Shown here: positions 48,501 through 51,978 of the stretch, in pieces
Layout of the letters: each line of letters opens with the position of its first letter
Position numbering within the stretch: position 1 is the stretch's first letter
From: Catajapyx aquilonaris
Taxonomy: Eukaryota
Reading direction: 5' to 3'
Length of the DNA stretch: 51,978 nt
Assembly (NCBI GenBank): GCA_000934665.2
Contig: KZ538174.1
Span: 62,001 to 113,978, forward strand
Notes under the pieces: generated by a model
Databases searched by the model: none
Told to the model about the DNA's origin: nothing
The model's input: the letters and a program-made list of their open reading frames with translations, nothing else
Position numbers and translations under genes: made by a program

Positions 48501-50015
48501 TTACCAGGATACTTGGCTTCAGCACCTGTATATTAGCCTACCGCTTAGCCTGCATCATTTTATCCAATAGTGCCCCTAGACCAGTGGTTCCCAAACTATG
48601 GGCCGCGAGGCTCCTCCAAGTGGGCCGCGAGCTTTATTTTTTATTTTTTAACTATGAAATAATGATCTTGCGAAATGAGGAGCAAGAGCACAGTACGTAA
48701 AAAAAATACATATATTGTGTAGCATGAATTTTGCAGCTCTCAATAAGGGAGGTGACTCTCACTCAAAAGATTGGGTCGAGTCTTTTTCGCCCAGCTGTGA
48801 CACTTGACAAATTCCCTCAAATACACACCCATTCAAATCTCCCACATTCACCTCTAGGCTCGTGTGACCTTGAACTCCCCCAAAAAATTACGCCTGCGGC
48901 GGGCTTTCTCNNNNNNNNNNNCCCCCCCCCCCCCTAGGTGGGCCGCGAGATATATTCCCTATCTAATGTGGGCCGCGAGCAAAAAAAGTTTGGGAATCAC
49001 TGCCCTAGACCCTATCCAACATGAAGGAATAAGGGGAGACAGGGAGGTAGACACCTCCAGATGTGGGGAGGTAGGTGAATGCGACAATCATGAAGGAATT
49101 TCAGGTGAGAAAGTCATCGGTTCTTAACAAAATTCTTTGCTTGGCAGGCAGGTTTGGTAATTCCGGAGTAAATGCATCTATCAGGCAAATGACGACAAAG
49201 GCTAGGGGGATGATCATTAAAACTTGAAAAACTTCTGAGACAGTAGGAAACAGTGCTGGGCAACACCCTGCACCACGAAAGTGCGGCAAACAACAATGGA
49301 GTCCCTACAATTAGGTGGCCCACCACTGTCACAAAGGCGGCCCATAACTGTGAAAAGTGGCCCATAACTGTACTTATGTGACTCTTTTGGAACTCTTCAT
49401 TACCAAAAATGACAGTAAAGGAGAATTTCAAAATTACAGTTGCTCCTTGGAATAGAACATTCTGAAGATTTAGGAAAAAATATAATCAAACTGCAGATGT
49501 AATTACTGTGGGTCATGTGACGATGTGAACTTGAAAAATTTCTTAAGTGGCCCATAACTGTATGGTTTACCCCTACTCAATCTGTACCTGAATTTCCACA
49601 CGCTTCCTGATGAGGGTTAGGTTGAACACATCCAGTTCCTTTTCACATTCCTCAAGGACATCCGTCACCTTTTGTGGCAGTTTTGCTTGAGTCAGTTTAG
49701 CATAATATGCTTCTTGATAGGCCCGGCACATGACTCTGTGCTTTTTCATATGGCTCCATGACCAGTTGTCATGATTTCGCTTCACAGTGTCAGCCATAAC
49801 ACAAGCAAATGCAAAGTGCCACCTGTAAAAAAATATATATTTGATGATTGTCTAGAACTCTAAATCATCACTGCAAGAATGTACTCACCAAGTTTTAGGA
49901 CTTTGCATCACACTGATGTTCTCAGGTCTAAACTTTTGGAATGGAGCAGCCCGAGACATCCACTCAAATGACTGCAGCAGTTCCATGATGTCTTGGTATT
50001 GGTTCTTACCCAACC
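10372..50015 (-). CDS. VPS13: Vacuolar protein sorting 13 (VPS13A/C-type intermembrane lipid transfer protein), 5'-partial, ~51 exons
   Basis: Exons (5'->3'): 49889-50015, 49588-49822, 45842-45953, 41681-41927, 41363-41617, 38892-39044, 37833-38010, 37591-37774, 37431-37534, 37206-37353, 36345-36577, 36035-36263, 35739-35974, 35386-35553, 35186-35320, 34921-35093, 34403-34556, 29286-29409, 25281-25304, 25081-25217, 24753-25011, 24421-24680, 24226-24348, 24053-24155, 23846-23992, 23567-23757, 23375-23512, 23218-23316, 21601-21780, 21223-21252, 17785-18102, 17570-17727, 17392-17509, 17103-17327, 16830-17042, 15359-15559, 15009-15287, 13357-13505, 12961-13302, 12745-12907, 12472-12688, 12242-12414, 12063-12182, 11867-12003, 11614-11809, 11317-11556, 11084-11253, 10914-11028, 10716-10856, 10487-10642, 10372-10416. 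The sum of 8762 nt stays in frame (~2920 codons) and ends [14 protein letters not shown]. Hallmarks: [84 protein letters not shown]. Confidence 0.97.
15866..15910 (-). CDS. VPS13: Candidate VPS13 cassette exon, 45 nt ([15 protein letters not shown])
   Basis: Acceptor tttatcatttacttgcag, consensus donor cag|gtgagt. Phase 0-0, open. Confidence 0.65.
16328..16372 (-). CDS. VPS13: Candidate VPS13 cassette exon, 45 nt ([15 protein letters not shown])
   Basis: Long pyrimidine tract ctctcttttgttgcccctttacag, donor cag|gtatca. Phase 0-0, open. Confidence 0.65.
16640..16705 (-). CDS. VPS13: Candidate VPS13 cassette exon, 66 nt ([22 protein letters not shown])
   Basis: Acceptor cctcctttccag, donor cag|gtgact. 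Phase 0-0, matching the flanking exons; no stop codon. Confidence 0.6.
18440..18813. repeat. GC-rich inverted-repeat (foldback) element
   Basis: gtgagcttagaggtcc...ggcggcgctgggatcacgaacctagataggt is mirrored by acctatctaggttcttgatcccagcgccgcc...ctaagctcac. Confidence 0.7.
18886..19606. mobile_element. pogo/Tigger-like MITE
   Basis: TA-cagtgaaacctg ... caggtttcactg-TA. Confidence 0.75.
21962..22784. mobile_element. hAT-like MITE with a nested Tc1/mariner MITE (22283-22678)
   Basis: Outer TIR cagaggtctcaaac / gtttgagacccctg; the TSD is imperfect. Inner element TA-ccgtatttacg ... cgtaaatacgg-TA. Confidence 0.75.
22825..23177 (-). mobile_element. tRNA-derived SINE with V-domain-like core (family 2) and (ATT)n tail
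   Basis: A/B-box head (gagttcgatccc), (AAT)n tail, 17-bp TSD tcagaataacaggttat. Confidence 0.85.
25636..26881. mobile_element. Long foldback element containing a family-1 SINE (~26490-26684)
   Basis: Several hundred bp of inverted arms (accttacccaaatcccatagttt... / ...aaactatgggatttacgtaaggt). Confidence 0.75.
27053..27138. repeat. (ATT)n microsatellite
   Basis: Direct reading. Similar tracts at 32531-32583 and 45526-45582. Confidence 0.95.
27576..28175. mobile_element. PIF/Harbinger-like MITE
   Basis: TIR aggt..tattctcatatctgcgaacag / ctgttcgcagatatgagaatagacct, with TTA on both sides. Confidence 0.7.
28550..28866. mobile_element. hAT MITE inserted into the arm of an older hairpin element (~28338-28921)
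   Basis: TIR cagggctattcaact / agttgaatacccctg, with exact 8-bp TSD gtctagaa. Confidence 0.85.
29468..30242. mobile_element. Tc1/mariner-like foldback MITE (same family as 4771-5276); spans an assembly gap
   Basis: TA-cagggtgtatc start; arms similar to 4771-5276. Confidence 0.65.
30682..31005 (-). mobile_element. tRNA-derived V-domain-like SINE (family 2)
   Basis: Same sequence as 22825-23177, with 15-bp TSD tacatggtaatacta. Confidence 0.85.
31724..32015 (+). mobile_element. tRNA-derived SINE (family 3)
   Basis: A box tggcatagtgg, B box-like ggatcaaatcc, (ATT)n tail, 15-bp TSD acataattcctcacc. Confidence 0.85.
33166..33711. mobile_element. pogo/Tigger-like MITE
   Basis: TA-cagtaaaacttct ... 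agaagtttgactg-TA, with internal ttcgagtta repeats. Confidence 0.75.
36634..37197. mobile_element. pogo/Tigger-like MITE
   Basis: TA-cagt...actg-TA ends with repeated gataactcgaa motifs. Confidence 0.7.
38147..38827. mobile_element. Unclassified TIR element
   Basis: aatggggaagtagcctt / aaggctagttccccatt inverted ends; CpG-rich interior. Confidence 0.5.
39640..40008. mobile_element. Non-autonomous element with 8-bp TSD, asymmetric termini and an internal hairpin (copy 1)
   Basis: TSD gttcaaac at 39632-39639 and 40009-40016; internal inverted arms of ~115 bp. Confidence 0.8.
40060..40278. mobile_element. Small TTAA-flanked hairpin element
   Basis: TTAA at both ends; internal inverted repeat ccccacagggatcttgtggttcggg / cccgaaccacaagatccctgtgggg. 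Confidence 0.55.
42075..43876. mobile_element. Tigger-like MITE hosting a nested palindrome-ended foldback (Helentron/DINE-like) element at ~42528-43670
   Basis: Outer TA-caggttgagaat / attctcaacctg-TA. Inner palindrome with 25-bp arms at 42528-42579, inverted arms ~42750-42985 and ~43420-43635, and a short (GACG)n tract. Confidence 0.7.
43977..44594. mobile_element. TA-flanked MITE
   Basis: TA-ccgtcaaatggggtga ... tcaccccatttgacag-TA. Confidence 0.75.
44623..44977. mobile_element. Non-autonomous element with 8-bp TSD, asymmetric termini and an internal hairpin (copy 2)
   Basis: TSD actgttcc at 44615-44622 and 44978-44985; same termini as 39640-40008. Confidence 0.8.
46032..46571 (-). mobile_element. 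Tandem dimer of family-3 tRNA SINEs inside one TSD pair
   Basis: Two heads at 46571 and ~46342, and a single 13-bp direct repeat tggcccaccatac at 46019-46031 and 46572-46584. Confidence 0.8.
47015..47781. mobile_element. Tc1/mariner foldback derivative: two inverted left ends, each with a transposase N-terminal HTH fragment
   Basis: TA-cagggtgggcgaaaag ends and ~355-bp near-identical arms. ORFs 47200-47382(+) and 47372-47596(-) both start [14 protein letters not shown] and the minus copy continues [24 protein letters not shown] (DUF4817-like HTH). Confidence 0.85.
47784..48182 (+). mobile_element. Non-autonomous Helitron
   Basis: 3' hairpin cccgggcaacgccggg (48155-48170) followed by CTAG|T. 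The 5' aataaagacggatgtg motif is duplicated and followed by (GTCT/GTCC)n. Confidence 0.75.
48277..48485. mobile_element. Tc1/mariner-type near-perfect palindromic MITE with a 1-nt loop
   Basis: TA-cagggtgtctca ... tgagacaccctg-TA, centred on 48381. Confidence 0.85.
48582..49002. mobile_element. hAT MITE
   Basis: TIR cagtggttcccaaact / agtttgggaatcactg, with exact 8-bp TSD ccctagac. Confidence 0.85.
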
Positions 50016-50338
50016 CTGTCCCAATTCAAATATTTCACACAGTCATACATCCATTATAAAATGTTACAATTTCTCATTAAATATATTACTGTGTCTCAAA
50101 AGTATTCTTTCATTGTAAATTTGGCTAAAATCACGGTCTTAGAAGGGCTAAAATCAACATAAGCTACATGCATTGCATGACTGCAAATGGCAGTTCTTAC
50201 AAAAGAATTTCTCACAATCTCAAATAGTTCCAAGAGGTACACCATTGAGCACACAGACCATGATTTAGACCTTGCATCAAGTGCCCTCATTCCACCACAT
50301 CCGTAAAGTTTTTTGGCAGGTGAGAATCTTCAAGTGAC

Positions 50339-50571
50339 TGACTTTAATTGATATTTAAGGAGGTTGGCCCAGCATTTGCCATTCAACCTCCAAGTATAGG
50401 GAAGGAAGGAAGCGGCTGTGGCCTATTATACGGAAGCGACCCCGGAATTATCCTGAAAGACCGTGGAAAACCACAGAAAACCACAGTCAAGGTTGCCGGC
50501 CCCGGGATTCGAACCCAGGACCTCCCGATTAGCAGTCGGACGCCTTATCCACTATGCCAACCTGCTTCGGT
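50339..50571 (-). mobile_element. tRNA-derived SINE (family 3, alternative tail)
   Basis: A/B boxes and 14-bp TSD aatcttcaagtgac. Confidence 0.85.
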
Positions 50572-51978
50572 AATCTTCAAGTGACCAAGAAATTAAAGAT
50601 AAGCTTGGTGGGAGTGCTCATGACAGGAATACAAGTACGCTGTCGTGGTTAGGGAAATTATTTAATTGGCATGGTTTCTGTATCCAGTAGTATAGCTAAA
50701 GATCTGTGCCATCATGTGACTCTACGCGAAAAATTATTTTAGGTGTTTATGCAGCCAAATGAAACTTACTTTTGAGATGCAGTAATACAGTTTCTAATTT
50801 ATCCCATAATATGACCTTCTGTCAAGTAAAGGTCTATTGTATCTTAATTCTATAGCCATCTATAGCATTGCTATGCATGATCGAGCCAAAAAACAACAAC
50901 TGCAAATGGAATATTTTAGGAGGTTCTTGTCTGCATAATCTTTACTATGCACAATTCATGCATGGCCCCAAATTGTCACTTTCCATAACTACTACAAAAA
51001 TTCATTTAAAAAAAGAAACCTAATAGCAAATATCTATGTAACTCTTCAAAGTAGCATTATGAGTGGGGATTCGTTATGTACAGGAAGTGTGATTAAATTC
51101 ACCAATTATTCAGGAAATGAAGGCCTTCACTGTTTCTATGTACAAGATGGATGCCTATAAACCACATTAACCTGACCTAACATGACCTAATCTGCCCAAG
51201 TAGCCTACCACGTGCATCTCGAAATTATCCCTGGAAGAACCCAAAACAATAGTGACTAACCAGGACCTAAGTTCACACAAGCCACTTCTCCGCAACATTC
51301 ACATGTGCAACTCTTTGAGACAAGGCCCACCTCCTTACACCATCCCACAATGGACCCCATACTGCCAGGGCACATGTAAAACAAAATGCCCTGTGATTCA
51401 TGGCCAGTTGTTTATTAGAACAGGGTTACAATTATTGTTCATTGCTCCCACACTTCCAGCCTGAAGACTAAGGGCTGTAAAATGAACGCCCGCCTGCAAG
51501 TACTTGCAGTAAACAAGTTACCTGCGTTTCGTCGCCATGGTTACGGTGCGAGCTAAAAAGAACACCGTTTTCGTGCGGTTGCAAATGTTGCGGTCGGCCT
51601 GCAAGTAGGCAGGTTTGGAAATACAGAAATCGACCCGGAGGGAAGCCATATCATGACGTCACGATTGTTGTACCCATTGTTATAGTACCTAGAATAAACT
51701 AGTATGCCGATCGGGTATCCCTCCAATGGAAAAGCTCAGCCTCCCAAAAAATCGAACGCCGCACCGCCAGGCGGCACTGCTGTCGACAGATGTTCACCTC
51801 TCCTGCCTGCCGCTTATATGGCGGGCTGCATGGACGCAGGTAGTTTTATGCCTACAATTGCGGTTAATTGTGCTCGGATAAAATTATCATTATTTTTTGC
51901 GGTAGACTTGAAACCATAACTAACTGTTCGGTGCAGGTCCATCGTCTCTGGGGACATGCTGGAGTGTGAGAGAGAAGC

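Larger units (their letters stand above)
46000..49573. mobile_element. TA-flanked TIR element filling most of a VPS13 intron and hosting at least five nested insertions
   Basis: TA-ggggtaaaccagacagttatggcccac ... gtggcccataactgtatggtttacccc-TA, with internal gtggccca(t/c)aactgt repeats. Confidence 0.75.

Noticed and set aside
51472..51978. Possible Harbinger-like element or promoter at the window end
   Set aside because: Only one possible terminus (TAA-gggctg) and CpG-rich sequence are visible; it cannot be classified within this window.

Overview
Eukaryotic, most likely arthropod genomic DNA (inferred from many ~60-nt introns, a ttk-like BTB domain and a rich set of MITEs and tRNA-SINEs). 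There are three protein-coding genes. (1) Minus strand: a gene with a single coding exon joining a BTB/POZ domain to degenerate homeodomain sequence (CDS 2096-3067, with non-coding 5' exons up to ~5870). (2) Plus strand, head-to-head with it: a three-exon NATD1 orthologue (6097-9129). (3) Minus strand, tail-to-tail with NATD1: a large VPS13 (VPS13A/C-type) lipid-transfer gene with ~51 exons from 10372 to at least 50015; its 5' end lies outside the window. VPS13 has a cluster of small in-frame candidate cassette exons in the VAB region, two symmetric microexons and one GC-AG intron. Its introns are packed with nested non-autonomous elements: Tc1/mariner, hAT and PIF MITEs, three tRNA-derived SINE families, a Helitron and an Academ-like remnant. 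The most notable observations are the BTB-homeodomain fusion, the VPS13 cassette-exon cluster, a structured RTE-type 5'-UTR RNA motif inside a foldback element, and an element with asymmetric ends and 8-bp target-site duplications. All exon models were read by hand from splice signals and frame continuity and have no transcript support.
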